Below, piece by piece: positions 28,188 through 37,459 of a stretch of DNA of 64,000 nt. Made by a program: the position numbers and the translations under genes. The notes beneath the pieces are model-generated. The model searched no databases, was not told the DNA's origin, and worked only from the letters and a program-made list of their open reading frames with translations. This DNA is from Roseomonas sp. Its GTDB lineage: Bacteria; Pseudomonadota; Alphaproteobacteria; Acetobacterales; Acetobacteraceae. Position 1 is the stretch's first letter. Every line of letters starts with the position of its first letter. The DNA lies in contig JADCEV010000062.1 of the NCBI GenBank assembly GCA_020249865.1, positions 530 through 64,529 on the forward strand, read 5' to 3'.

Positions 28188-29393
28188 TCACGCATAAAAC
28201 GAACTTTCCGCTTCAGTCCTATTGAGTAGGATGAATTCGAGCATAGTGCTGATAAATCTGTCCAACCCGAAAGTGGCTTCCGCCTTTTTCTGTACATTCT
28301 CCAACATGCTGCGGGTGGCAAACTTATCCTTCCCCGTTTCCTGAATTTCGGAAATTCGTGCATCAAACGCATCAGCGAACTCCGGGGAATCGATGGGTAC
28401 GGGTCTGAAACTTGGATAATCACCAAGAACCTTCTCCAGGAAGGGCGATCCATCTGCAAGCATGAAGGCTTTTGCCTGGAAGGCAGCAAGAATTCGTTCG
28501 TGTATGGCCGTTAAGGTGCAAGGCGCGGTATTTACCAGTATGCGGCTTCTTGCATAGAGCTTATTGAGTTCCCTCGCGGGCAAGGCCCCGTGAAACACTG
28601 CCCGTGTATTCGCCTTATCAAGATGCGGCCAATCTCCGAATAAATGGCCGCCATGACGCATGACTTGCCTCGCCATGCGATCTGCACGTACTGCCCGCAC
28701 GTAAGCGTCAACATGCTGACAACTCCGCAGAAACAAGGCAAGGCGTTCGCCAAAATGGATCTGGCGCGCGGCATAGGCATGTGCGACGATCTGACCAATG
28801 GTTTCTTGCTGACCCGACAATGCTACGGCGGAAGCTTCTTCAAGTACATCGCGCATCATTTTCGGTAACCCGCCCCAGGGTTCACGAATAGCTTCCGGGT
28901 TGACGCCTGTTTTTACAAAGACCAGCTCAAGATCGCGTTGCTGCCAAGCGGTATCATTGGCGTGTGGGTTCGTGGGGTAGCCAAAGGGCAACACTGTCGC
29001 GAAATTTTTCCCCTTAAAGAATCTCACATAAAAATCGTAAAAATCATGACATGCGTAAAGATTAAAAAGCCCTACGCCCACGGCGCGATGCAAGGCTGGT
29101 GAATAATATGGCGCATCACCCATAGAGCTGATGAAGGGGACTTTGAGGTTACTCCAGAGGTTACCTTTCTCGGTGGCCAGCGCCATACCGATACCCTGAA
29201 AACTGAAACAAAAATCGGGCCGCCCCTGTTTTAGCCTAGTATCCAGTTGCGCCGTCCATTCGTTCTGCAACATATCGATGATTTGAACCGAAACACCGTA
29301 CATTGCCATTCGATCGGCAATGCACTTGGTCCACCAGGCAAGGATCCCATTCGCATTTTGGCCAACAAATGCAATGGCAGAAAATTGAGCCAT
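28188..29393 (-). CDS. Putative GT-B glycosyltransferase of the CgeB/Glyco_trans_1_2-like type
   Basis: The C-terminal region LYARSRILVNTAP....IHERILAAFQAKAFMLADGSPFL matches the CgeB-like pattern. AAGGAAAA lies before the ATG at 29393. The N-terminal half is unassigned. This is the lowest-GC gene of the island. Confidence 0.45.
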   Translation of the reverse strand: MAQFSAIAFVGQNANGILAWWTKCIADRMAMYGVSVQIIDMLQNEWTAQLDTRLKQGRPDFCFSFQGIGMALATEKGNLWSNLKVPFISSMGDAPYYSPALHRAVGVGLFNLYACHDFYDFYVRFFKGKNFATVLPFGYPTNPHANDTAWQQRDLELVFVKTGVNPEAIREPWGGLPKMMRDVLEEASAVALSGQQETIGQIVAHAYAARQIHFGERLALFLRSCQHVDAYVRAVRADRMARQVMRHGGHLFGDWPHLDKANTRAVFHGALPARELNKLYARSRILVNTAPCTLTAIHERILAAFQAKAFMLADGSPFLEKVLGDYPSFRPVPIDSPEFADAFDARISEIQETGKDKFATRSMLENVQKKAEATFGLDRFISTMLEFILLNRTEAESSFYA

Positions 29394-29440
29394 TTTTCCT
29401 TTATTCCCAACAAACACGCTGAATCTATAATCGCTCCTCT

Positions 29441-29479
29441 GAAAAAGAAAGCCTTAAGTCGTGTGATCGCACGACTTAA
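29441..29479 (-). terminator. Rho-independent terminator of the racemase-like gene
   Basis: Perfect 10-bp inverted repeat TTAAGTCGTG/CACGACTTAA (29454-29463 and 29470-29479) with a 6-nt loop. On the minus strand it is followed by GGCTTTCTTTTTC. One arm overlaps the stop codon. Confidence 0.6.
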
Positions 29480-30282
29480 CGCAAAACCCCCGGATAAATC
29501 GCCCCATAATACCGGCGCAGCTCCGCAATCTGCGCCGGCGGGGGTTGACCATAGGCGCCGCGCCGGCTGGTGAAACGCCCGCCCATGGCGCGCTTCAGCT
29601 TCACCGCCGCCTGGCCTTGCTGTACCAGCGCCAAAGGCCCGCATAGCACTGGCGCGCCGCGGGCGGTTTCATGCACACCCGCTTCGAACAGCAGCACCAT
29701 CGCCACACCAACGGCCGGGATCACCACCTCCGCCCCGCGCGCCACGCAATCCTCAGCCGCCTTGTGAAATTGCGCGAGTACGGAATCGCGCACCGCACCC
29801 GGCGCGAAGGCGGCTTCCAGATCGGTCAGCTTCGCCACATCCATCCGCGCCGTGGCGGCCACCCGCCCGGCCAGGCCATAGCTGCGGATATTTTCGGCCA
29901 CGCGCGCCTCATGCTTATCGTTGGAAAAGACAATACCGATGGAAGCGCCCATCTGGCAGGCGGTCAGCAACGCAGACTCGCAAAGCCCCAGCACGGGAAT
30001 GCCAGCAATTTCGCGCGCAATGCGCAGCCCGGGATCCACAATATTGCCAAGCAGCACGGCATCGAAGCCCTCAGCCTCGGCCCGCGCGACATTTTCCAGC
30101 ACCTCACCGGTTTCGATGAATTCCAGATAGCGATACTGGTCGCCAATGCCGCCGCGCTTTTCAATGCCATGGATGGCGATTTCCGTGCCCGGATCGGCCG
30201 TGGCATCCAAAAGCCGCCGCAGCGCCTTGGCATAGGTCGGCCAGGCATCCGGCCTGGTCAGGGATTGGTACCAAAGCCTCAT
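29476..30282 (-). CDS. Asp/Glu/hydantoin racemase family protein
   Basis: 268 aa from the internal Met (MRLWYQS...). GLCESAL cysteine block and overall HyuE-like layout. Confidence 0.6.
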   Translation of the reverse strand: MRLWYQSLTRPDAWPTYAKALRRLLDATADPGTEIAIHGIEKRGGIGDQYRYLEFIETGEVLENVARAEAEGFDAVLLGNIVDPGLRIAREIAGIPVLGLCESALLTACQMGASIGIVFSNDKHEARVAENIRSYGLAGRVAATARMDVAKLTDLEAAFAPGAVRDSVLAQFHKAAEDCVARGAEVVIPAVGVAMVLLFEAGVHETARGAPVLCGPLALVQQGQAAVKLKRAMGGRFTSRRGAYGQPPPAQIAELRRYYGAIYPGVLR

Positions 30283-30383
30283 CGCAGCCCCCGTGATGTG
30301 CCAGGCAATAGCGCCCGATTCGCCGCGCCCCGTCCATCCCCCAGCCCCTCTCCCATGCCCCGTTTCCTCTGATATAAGGCGGC

Positions 30384-31595
30384 ATGAGCATGACCCTGGC
30401 CGATATCCTGGCGCCAATGCCGCCAGAACGCTTCTTCGCCGAATATTATGATCAGCAGCCGCTGCATCTGCCGGGCGCTGCGGAGAAATTCGCCCATGTG
30501 CTGGATTGGGCCGGCATTAATCGCCTGCTCGGCATGACGCATATCTGGTCCGAACGCAGCCTGAAGGTAGTGCTGGACAGCACCACGATCCCCGCCGCGC
30601 AATATAGCCAAAGCGCCATGTCGCGCGACGGCGCCAATTCGCTGCAACCCATCCCCGCCAAGGTGCAGGAATGGGTGGCGCGCGGCGCTTCCGTGGTGAT
30701 GAATGATGTGGATAGCCTGACACCGGGACTTGCCGGCGTTTCCAATGCGCTGGAAGGCGCTGGCCTCGGTAAGGCGCAGGCCAATATCTATATCTCCTGG
30801 CAAAGCCACAAGGCGTTTCATGCGCATTATGACACGCATGATGTCTGGGCCGTGCAGGTGGAAGGGGAAAAGACCTGGAACATCTGGGAAGGCCGCGCCG
30901 AATGGCCGGTGGCGCATGCCATTTTCCGCAGCCAGGGTCAGGAATTTCACGAAAAGGCCAAGGGCGCGCTCCGCTTCAAGGCGCATCTCAAAAAGGGCGA
31001 TCTGCTTTATCTGCCGCGCGGCTGGTATCATGATGCCCTGGCCGAGGCACCCAATTCCGTCCATATCGCCTATGGCGTGCATGCGGCGATGGGCGTGGAT
31101 TTCATGGGCCTGCTGACAGAACGCGCCTTTCACGATGCGGAGTTTCGCAAGCCCCTGCCGCGGCAGGATGGGTCGGCGGCGGCGAAGTATGCGCTGACAC
31201 AACGTGCCGCCTTGCTGGGCCAGCGCATCGCCGAATGGTCGCGCGATCCGAAATTCCTGCAGGCCGTCGAAAACTTCCTCGCGCATTACCGCTATGAACG
31301 CGGCGGCTATGATCTATTGGCCGCACGCGGCGCGGCGCCGGCAGCAGCCGTGGCCGAGAGCACTCCGGCATTCCGCGTGCGCCCCAATGTGAAAACCGTC
31401 CGCCGTGGCGCGGAGTTTGGGCTGCGCACGGAAATGGGCATCCTGCCGATCACCGCTGAGGAGGTTGAGGCCGCAGCCTGGATCATCACCCAGCCCAGCA
31501 TTACGGAAACCTCTCTGGCCCTTGCCTGCCCGGGCGCCAAGACCGCGGCGCTGATTGAAAAGCTCCGCGCGGCGGAGATTTTGCTGTCAGCATGA
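30384..31595 (+). CDS. Cupin-4/JmjC-domain protein (ribosomal oxygenase-like)
   Basis: HAHYDTHDVWAVQVEGEKTW contains the HxD iron motif, and GDLLYLPRGWYH follows. 403 aa. Confidence 0.7.
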   Translation: MSMTLADILAPMPPERFFAEYYDQQPLHLPGAAEKFAHVLDWAGINRLLGMTHIWSERSLKVVLDSTTIPAAQYSQSAMSRDGANSLQPIPAKVQEWVARGASVVMNDVDSLTPGLAGVSNALEGAGLGKAQANIYISWQSHKAFHAHYDTHDVWAVQVEGEKTWNIWEGRAEWPVAHAIFRSQGQEFHEKAKGALRFKAHLKKGDLLYLPRGWYHDALAEAPNSVHIAYGVHAAMGVDFMGLLTERAFHDAEFRKPLPRQDGSAAAKYALTQRAALLGQRIAEWSRDPKFLQAVENFLAHYRYERGGYDLLAARGAAPAAAVAESTPAFRVRPNVKTVRRGAEFGLRTEMGILPITAEEVEAAAWIITQPSITETSLALACPGAKTAALIEKLRAAEILLSA

Positions 31596-32023
31596 AGCCC
31601 GGCCCCTGGCTCGCCATCATCCTGGCGTTCACGGCGCTGCCGGCGTTGGCGCAGCCCTATGGCTTTTCCTGCGTGGGCGCGGAAAGGCTGGAAGATGATG
31701 TGTTTTCCATCGCTTTCCCGCGCGGCAGCGCCGCCATCCCGGAAGCCGCACGCTCTCCGCTGGCGGCGGCCATCGAAGCCGCCTTGGCGGAACCTGGGCG
31801 CAATATCTGCATCCTGGGCCATGCGGGGCAGGAAGGCGGGGCCACCACCTCCATCCAATTGGCCGCGCAGCGCGCCCGCGCCGTGACCAATGCCATGGCG
31901 GAACGCGGCATTGCGGCGGAACGGCTGCGGGCAGAGGCGCGCAGCGCCCAATTCAGCCCGACGGTTCGCGCCACCGAGCCACCATCGCGCACCGTTACCA
32001 TCGTGCTGATGCCACCCCCCTGA
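31592..32023 (+). CDS. OmpA-like domain protein, secreted
   Basis: Signal peptide ending ALAQP. OmpA C-terminal-like core GHAGQEG....QLAAQRARAV..A..ERGI. The start overlaps the upstream stop (ATGA). Confidence 0.6.
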   Translation: MKPGPWLAIILAFTALPALAQPYGFSCVGAERLEDDVFSIAFPRGSAAIPEAARSPLAAAIEAALAEPGRNICILGHAGQEGGATTSIQLAAQRARAVTNAMAERGIAAERLRAEARSAQFSPTVRATEPPSRTVTIVLMPPP

Positions 32024-32116
32024 GTCATCAAGGGGCTTGCCCCTTCATCCGCACGGGGCCAGAAGGGGTCAGGAAACCCAGGGCCGATTCGCCCCCTATG
32101 CCAAGGAGAAACGCCG

Positions 32117-32623
32117 ATGCTGTCACGTCGTTCCCTATTCGCCGTCGGCGGCGCTGCCCTCTTGCTCAATGGCTGCGCGCAGGTCGCGCCGGAAGGCGGC
32201 CCGCCGCTCATGGACGTCATCGGTTCTGACCCAAATCTTTCCAGTTTCCGCGCTGCGCTGCGCAGTTCCGGGCTGGCTTCCGAATTGTTTGACCGGCCTG
32301 GCATCTATACCGTGCTCGCGCCAACCAACCTTGCCTGGTCAGGTGCACCGGAACGCATTCGTAACGGTGACCGCGAAGGGCTGCTTAACCTGATCGCAGG
32401 CGGGCGGCTGAGCCTCGCGGATATTCAGGCACGCGGCGGTCGCATCCGGATGTTGGGCGGCATTGATGTGCGCGTGGTGGGCGGTACGGCTGACAGCCCG
32501 CGTATTCAGGCGGCGCGCCCAGGACAGGCGCCTTCGGGTGCTTCGGCAAGCATCATCCGCGCCAATGTGATGGCAAACAACGGCGTGGTGCATGTTGTGC
32601 AAGGCGTGCTGCTGCCCGCGTGA
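32117..32623 (+). CDS. Fasciclin (FAS1) domain protein
   Basis: YTVLAPTN.AW and C-terminal NGVVHVVQGVLLP. Confidence 0.75.
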   Translation: MLSRRSLFAVGGAALLLNGCAQVAPEGGPPLMDVIGSDPNLSSFRAALRSSGLASELFDRPGIYTVLAPTNLAWSGAPERIRNGDREGLLNLIAGGRLSLADIQARGGRIRMLGGIDVRVVGGTADSPRIQAARPGQAPSGASASIIRANVMANNGVVHVVQGVLLPA

Positions 32624-33231
32624 TCCGGCGCCGCGCCGCCCTTGGCGCGCTGCTTTTTGCGCCGGCGCTGGCCTTCGCGGGCAGCGCCGGGCAGCGAATT
32701 TGGGTGGTCAGCAATGGCTGGCATAGCGGCATTGTGCTGGCCCGCGCCGATGTGCCTGAAAGCGTGATCCCGGAAATCGCGGATTTTCCCCAGGCGCGGT
32801 TTTTTGAATTTGGCTGGGGTGATGCGGAATTCTACCCAGCGCGAGAGGCCGGCGCCTGGCTTGCCTTGCGGGCGGCCTTTCCAGGGCCGGCGGTGATGCA
32901 TGTGGCGGGCCTTCCGGATCATCCGGCGCGCATCTGGCCCAATGTCACCATCCTGCCCTTTGCCGTTGATGCCGATGCGCTGCGCCGCTTGCTTGATTTC
33001 CTGCGCCGTAGTTTTGACCGTGCCGGGGCGGGGCGCGCGGTGGTGACGGCGCGCGGCATCTACCCTTTCAGCCTTTTCTATCCGGCAACAGGGCGGTTTC
33101 ACGTTTTCAACAATTGCAATACCTGGACCGCGCAGGCGCTGACGGCCATGGGGCTCGGCGCGTCACTTGGGGGCGTAAATACGGCGGATGATCTGATCAG
33201 CCGCATCCGCCCCTTTGCAGCTGTGGAGTGA
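32620..33231 (+). CDS. DUF2459/TIGR02117-like protein
   Basis: Blocks SNGWHSGIVL, FEFGWGDAEFY and NCNTW, assigned from memory of the family. Confidence 0.5.
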   Translation: MIRRRAALGALLFAPALAFAGSAGQRIWVVSNGWHSGIVLARADVPESVIPEIADFPQARFFEFGWGDAEFYPAREAGAWLALRAAFPGPAVMHVAGLPDHPARIWPNVTILPFAVDADALRRLLDFLRRSFDRAGAGRAVVTARGIYPFSLFYPATGRFHVFNNCNTWTAQALTAMGLGASLGGVNTADDLISRIRPFAAVE

Positions 33232-33274
33232 ATACACAAGTATTGGAGATATGAGCAGGAACAGCATAAACTGA

Positions 33275-33838
33275 CTATTGAGGTTGTAACTTTTCAAGAA
33301 CGGCGAAGCGTACCTCGGGAGGATTGACTCTCTCTAAGCGACCACCTGCGGTCTTCGAGAAAAATCCGAGCCGTACCTGACTCAACTCGATGTTCCGTCC
33401 CATACCAAAATAAAGAATTGCGACGTCATGGAAATCCTCTGGATTTTGTTGGATTTGCCCTTTCCAGCCAGCCTGGATAGTACGTTTTTTCATCCAATAA
33501 AAAATAGCGCTCCTGGTGGTTTGAAGAAAATCATGTTTGCCAAGTGTGGTATGTTCAACAAAGAGGGCGTTTCTTATGAAGGAAAATCCCCTTCGAGCGT
33601 CGTATTCAAAAAAAGCTTCCGCGCTGAAATCATTATTTCGTGAGGGGTCGCGTAGAGGACCATGTTTCCAAAAATCTGCCGTATCAGAAATTATTCGGTG
33701 CTCCACGCATTCGTCATTTGCTATTGATTGGTTGACTTCTGCTCGCTCAGCTTGGTGCCTAATCGCAACTGCAAGCCCACCAGCCAAACGCGTCACGTCT
33801 GAAAGATTGGGCTGTAGGGCTAGGGGCTTCGAAAGCAA
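33275..33838 (-). CDS. Orphan hypothetical protein (low GC, no ATG start)
   Basis: 187 codons from a TTG. The frame stays open a further 24 codons up to the lutA stop codon. There is no SD and no domain I recognise. GC is about 40-50% by eye. Confidence 0.4.
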   Translation of the reverse strand: MLSKPLALQPNLSDVTRLAGGLAVAIRHQAERAEVNQSIANDECVEHRIISDTADFWKHGPLRDPSRNNDFSAEAFFEYDARRGFSFIRNALFVEHTTLGKHDFLQTTRSAIFYWMKKRTIQAGWKGQIQQNPEDFHDVAILYFGMGRNIELSQVRLGFFSKTAGGRLERVNPPEVRFAVLEKLQPQ

Positions 33839-33910
33839 AACACTGAGCTCATCCCACGGTTTGACGATATCGTTTATGAATCGGGACGTTTCAATTGCGG
33901 AAAACCGAAC

Positions 33911-34684
33911 TCAGCCCTTCTTCGCATCCGCAATTGGCGCCACGTCGTGTGTCATGCCGGCGAGCACTTCCGCCACATGGCGCACCTTCACCGAAGACCC
34001 TTCACGCTTCAGCCGCCCCGCCATGTTCAACAGGCAGCCCATATCACCCGCGAGCAAGGTGCCCGCCCCGGTCGCCTGAATATCGCGGCATTTATCGGTG
34101 ACCATGCGCACGGAAATATCGGGGTATTTCACACAAAACGTCCCGCCAAAACCACAGCATATCTCCGGCTCCGCCAATTCGATCAGGCTAAGCCCCTCAA
34201 CGGATTTCAGCAATTTGCGCGGCTGCGCCTTCACGCCCATCTCCCGCAAGCCCGAACAGGAATCATGATAGGTCACGCTGCCATCAAGCCGCGCGGCAAC
34301 CTTTTCCATGCCCATCACATCGGTCAGGAAGGACACCAGTTCATGCGTGCGCGCGGCGAGTGCTTCCGATTTACCGCGATAATGCGGGTCATCATCAAAC
34401 AGCGCCGGGTAGTGATGCGCGATCATGCCGGCGCAGGAACCGGAAGGCGCGACCACATAATCATAGCCCTGGAAGGCATCCACCACCGCACGGGCCAGCG
34501 CCTTGGCATTGGCGCGGTCGCCGGAATTATAGGCGGGCTGACCGCAACAGGTTTGGCTCGGCGGCACTTCCACCAGGCAGCCGGCTTCTTCCAGCAGCTT
34601 GATGGCGGCAAAGCCAACACTTGGCCGATAAAGGTCCACCAGACAGGTGACGAAAAGGGCAACGCGCGGGCGGGCTTGGGTCAT
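33911..34684 (-). CDS. lutA: (Fe-S)-binding CCG-domain protein, LutA/GlcF-like
   Basis: VALFVTCLVD....P..G.A..KLLE..G..V..P..QTCCGQP plus a second CCG motif EPEICCGFGG. Confidence 0.8.
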   Translation of the reverse strand: MTQARPRVALFVTCLVDLYRPSVGFAAIKLLEEAGCLVEVPPSQTCCGQPAYNSGDRANAKALARAVVDAFQGYDYVVAPSGSCAGMIAHHYPALFDDDPHYRGKSEALAARTHELVSFLTDVMGMEKVAARLDGSVTYHDSCSGLREMGVKAQPRKLLKSVEGLSLIELAEPEICCGFGGTFCVKYPDISVRMVTDKCRDIQATGAGTLLAGDMGCLLNMAGRLKREGSSVKVRHVAEVLAGMTHDVAPIADAKKG

Positions 34685-34730
34685 GGGGGCAGTTTAATCC
34701 TACCGATGCGCGCTGGCGATATGGCCAGCG

Positions 34731-35585
34731 TCAATTGAGGCGCTGGCGCAATTCGCCGGCCAAGGCGCGCACGCGGGCAGCGGCCTCGCCTTCCGGCACC
34801 AATTCCAGGAAGCGATCCAGGCAGCCAAGCGCCGCGCCAATCCGTTCCAGCCTTTGGTTCATCAGCCCCGCTTCGCGCCACAGCGCGGCATGATCGGGCG
34901 CCAGCCGCAGCATGTCTTCGGTCGCGGAAAGGGCCGCCTTCACATCCCCGCCGCGCAACCGCCGGAGCTTGATGTTGTTTTGCAGCCGCAGCAGCACTTC
35001 GCGCCGCGTCATGGGGCGCAGCACGCCGGGGCGGAGTTCCGCCTTTTCGCCCTCCACGCGCTTGATCAGCGCGCGCAAATCCTGCGCTTCCAGAACCTTG
35101 CCGCCCGCAAAAACATCCAGAATAAGCTTGCCCTTGGGCCCTTCCAGCGCCAGCAGGAAATGGCCAGGGAAGTCCACGCCGAAAGCGCCCCAGCCCGCAG
35201 CATCGGCGGCATGCAACCACAAAATACCGAGCGCGACCGGCAGGCCGCGCCGGCGTTCCACCACATGGATCAGATTGGTATTCGCCATATCCTCATAGGT
35301 TTCGGAATCGCCCCGATAGCCGAAATGCCCATGCAGCGTTTCCGCCAGGATCAGGCGGCGCGCTTCCAGATCACCGCCATCCGCCTTGCCATCCATGCTG
35401 GCGGCATCCACCACCTTGCGTGCGATATCGGAAAAATGCGCGGCTACCTTGCGCCAATCGGCCTCCGGCGCATCCACCCGCGCCAATTGCAAGGCAACGG
35501 TCGCGATATCAAGCTCCAGATCCGGTAGATTACCGGCGGCTTCGATCGCGCTGCGTGGTTCGGGGGCATGGGTGATCGTCATCAA
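34731..35585 (-). CDS. SirB1-like transglutaminase/TPR family protein
   Basis: Central RRRGLPVALGILWLH...FPGHFLL block and a TPR-like C-terminus. Confidence 0.65.
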   Translation of the reverse strand: MMTITHAPEPRSAIEAAGNLPDLELDIATVALQLARVDAPEADWRKVAAHFSDIARKVVDAASMDGKADGGDLEARRLILAETLHGHFGYRGDSETYEDMANTNLIHVVERRRGLPVALGILWLHAADAAGWGAFGVDFPGHFLLALEGPKGKLILDVFAGGKVLEAQDLRALIKRVEGEKAELRPGVLRPMTRREVLLRLQNNIKLRRLRGGDVKAALSATEDMLRLAPDHAALWREAGLMNQRLERIGAALGCLDRFLELVPEGEAAARVRALAGELRQRLN

Positions 35586-35624
35586 TCATAATTTTACGTC
35601 TTCTTTAGGAAGGATCAAGTTTTA

Positions 35625-36833
35625 TCAGCGCAACAGCAGCGGCAGCATGGAATCCAGGCGCAAAAGCCCCTCACCGGTTGCGCAAAGCCGGCCATTTTCG
35701 CGCCAAAACAGGTAACCCTCATCCAAGCAGGCAGCCAGCATGGCGGGGTCCACCACCTCGGCAAAGGCAAGCCCGGCGCGGGCTTCGATTCGCTTGGGGT
35801 CTATGCCCTCCGTCAGGCGCAGCCCCATCAGCATGGCTTCACGGCCGACTTCCGCAGGGCTCAGGGTTTCAACATCCACCGCCGCATGGCCCTGGGCTTC
35901 CACCAGGCGCAGCCATTCTTCCGGCGCGCGATGGCGGCGCGTGGCCCAAATGCGGCTTTCACGCAGCACGCGCTGATGCGCCCCGGCGCCAATACCAAGG
36001 TAATCGCCATAGCGCCAATAGGCCAGATTATGCCGGCTTTCCGCGCCGGGCTTGGCATAATTGCTGATCTCATAGGGCTTCAGCCCAAAGCGCGCCGCTT
36101 CTTCCGCAGTGGCCAAGTAAAGCCGCGCCGCATCATTTTCCGCCGGCAGCGCAAAGGCGCCACGGCGATAGAGCGTTTCAAACTGCGTGCCCGGTTCAAT
36201 CGTCAGCTGATAGAGCGAGAGATGATCGGCGGCGAGCGCCAAGGCCTGGCGCAGCTCCGCCCGCCAGGCCGCTTCCTGCTGGCCCGGCCGTGCATAGATC
36301 AAATCAAAGGAAAGCCTTGGGAAGATACCGCGCGCGGCTTCAAGCGCGGCAATCGCCTGCGCCACATCATGGCGGCGACCGAGAAAGCCCAAAGCCTCCG
36401 CATTCAGGGATTGCACGCCAAGGCTTGCGCGATTGACCCCGGCATCACGAAACGCCGCAAGCTTTGCCGCTTCCACGCTGGTGGGGTTGGCTTCCAGGGT
36501 GATTTCAATATCGGGCAGCGGGTCGAAGAAACGCGTGGCATCTTCAATCAAGGCCGCGACGGTTTCGGGCGCCATCAGGCTTGGCGTGCCGCCGCCGAAG
36601 AAAATGCTCGCCAGTGGCCGGCGGCCAAGCAGTGCCGCTTCATGCGCCAATTCGCGCCGCAATCCCGCGCGAAAGCGTGTCTCATCCACCCTGTCACGGA
36701 CATGGGAATTGAAGTCACAATAGGGGCATTTGGCCGCACAAAACGGCCAATGGATGTAAAGCGCGAGAGGTTCCACGCAGGGTCTATAGGCTATTCCAGC
36801 TTCACGCCGGAAGCCTCGACCAACGGGTGACAC
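35625..36833 (-). CDS. hemW: Radical SAM heme chaperone HemW (HemN-like)
   Basis: LYIHWPFCAAKCPYCDFNS radical SAM cysteine motif and FFGGGTPS. The GTG start abuts the ridA stop, and an alternative GTG lies at 36776. Confidence 0.85.
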   Translation of the reverse strand: MSPVGRGFRREAGIAYRPCVEPLALYIHWPFCAAKCPYCDFNSHVRDRVDETRFRAGLRRELAHEAALLGRRPLASIFFGGGTPSLMAPETVAALIEDATRFFDPLPDIEITLEANPTSVEAAKLAAFRDAGVNRASLGVQSLNAEALGFLGRRHDVAQAIAALEAARGIFPRLSFDLIYARPGQQEAAWRAELRQALALAADHLSLYQLTIEPGTQFETLYRRGAFALPAENDAARLYLATAEEAARFGLKPYEISNYAKPGAESRHNLAYWRYGDYLGIGAGAHQRVLRESRIWATRRHRAPEEWLRLVEAQGHAAVDVETLSPAEVGREAMLMGLRLTEGIDPKRIEARAGLAFAEVVDPAMLAACLDEGYLFWRENGRLCATGEGLLRLDSMLPLLLR

Positions 36834-37307
36834 TCAATCTACGGCGAAGACCGCGTCAATCTCGACTGTCGCATCGAGAGGCAGTTGCGCCACGCCGATT
36901 GAGGTGCGGGCATGCCGGCCATTCTCGCCCCAGAGCGCGATGAACAGCTCCGAACAGGCATTGATCACCTTGGGATAGTCGCCCATGCCGGGTGCTGCGG
37001 TCACGAAGCCACGCACCATCACCACCTGACGGACGCGGCCAAGATCGCCACCAAGCGCCATGCGCAGGGTGGAAAGCAGTTGCAGGCCAATCGCCACCCC
37101 GCCTGCGCGCGCGGTGGCCAGGTCAACATCCTTGCCATAAACCCCGGTGGGGTAGGGCACACCGTTGCGTTCGCAAATCTGACCGGCGAGGAAGATCAGA
37201 TTGCCCTCACGCCGCCACAGGATGAATTCCGCCACAGGCTTTGCCGCCGGCGGCAGGGCATGGCCAAGGGCAGTCAGACGGGACAGAAGTTCGGCGTCAG
37301 TCGGCAT
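36834..37307 (-). CDS. RidA/YjgF family protein
   Basis: Blocks LIFLAGQ, ARTSIGVAQLPLDATVEIDAVF. Confidence 0.8.
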   Translation of the reverse strand: MPTDAELLSRLTALGHALPPAAKPVAEFILWRREGNLIFLAGQICERNGVPYPTGVYGKDVDLATARAGGVAIGLQLLSTLRMALGGDLGRVRQVVMVRGFVTAAPGMGDYPKVINACSELFIALWGENGRHARTSIGVAQLPLDATVEIDAVFAVD

Positions 37308-37459
37308 CACGAAGCATCCCCGATAGGTCAAACAAGTGCGGCGCAGAGCGCATATTTGTCGTCAGCGCCTATCTTGCATGCGTGAAACAAAGCGGCAAGG
37401 CAGGGCTTCGGGTATCGAAGCCTTATGCCAATCCTGCTGTTTCGCTTTAGGTCGCGGGC

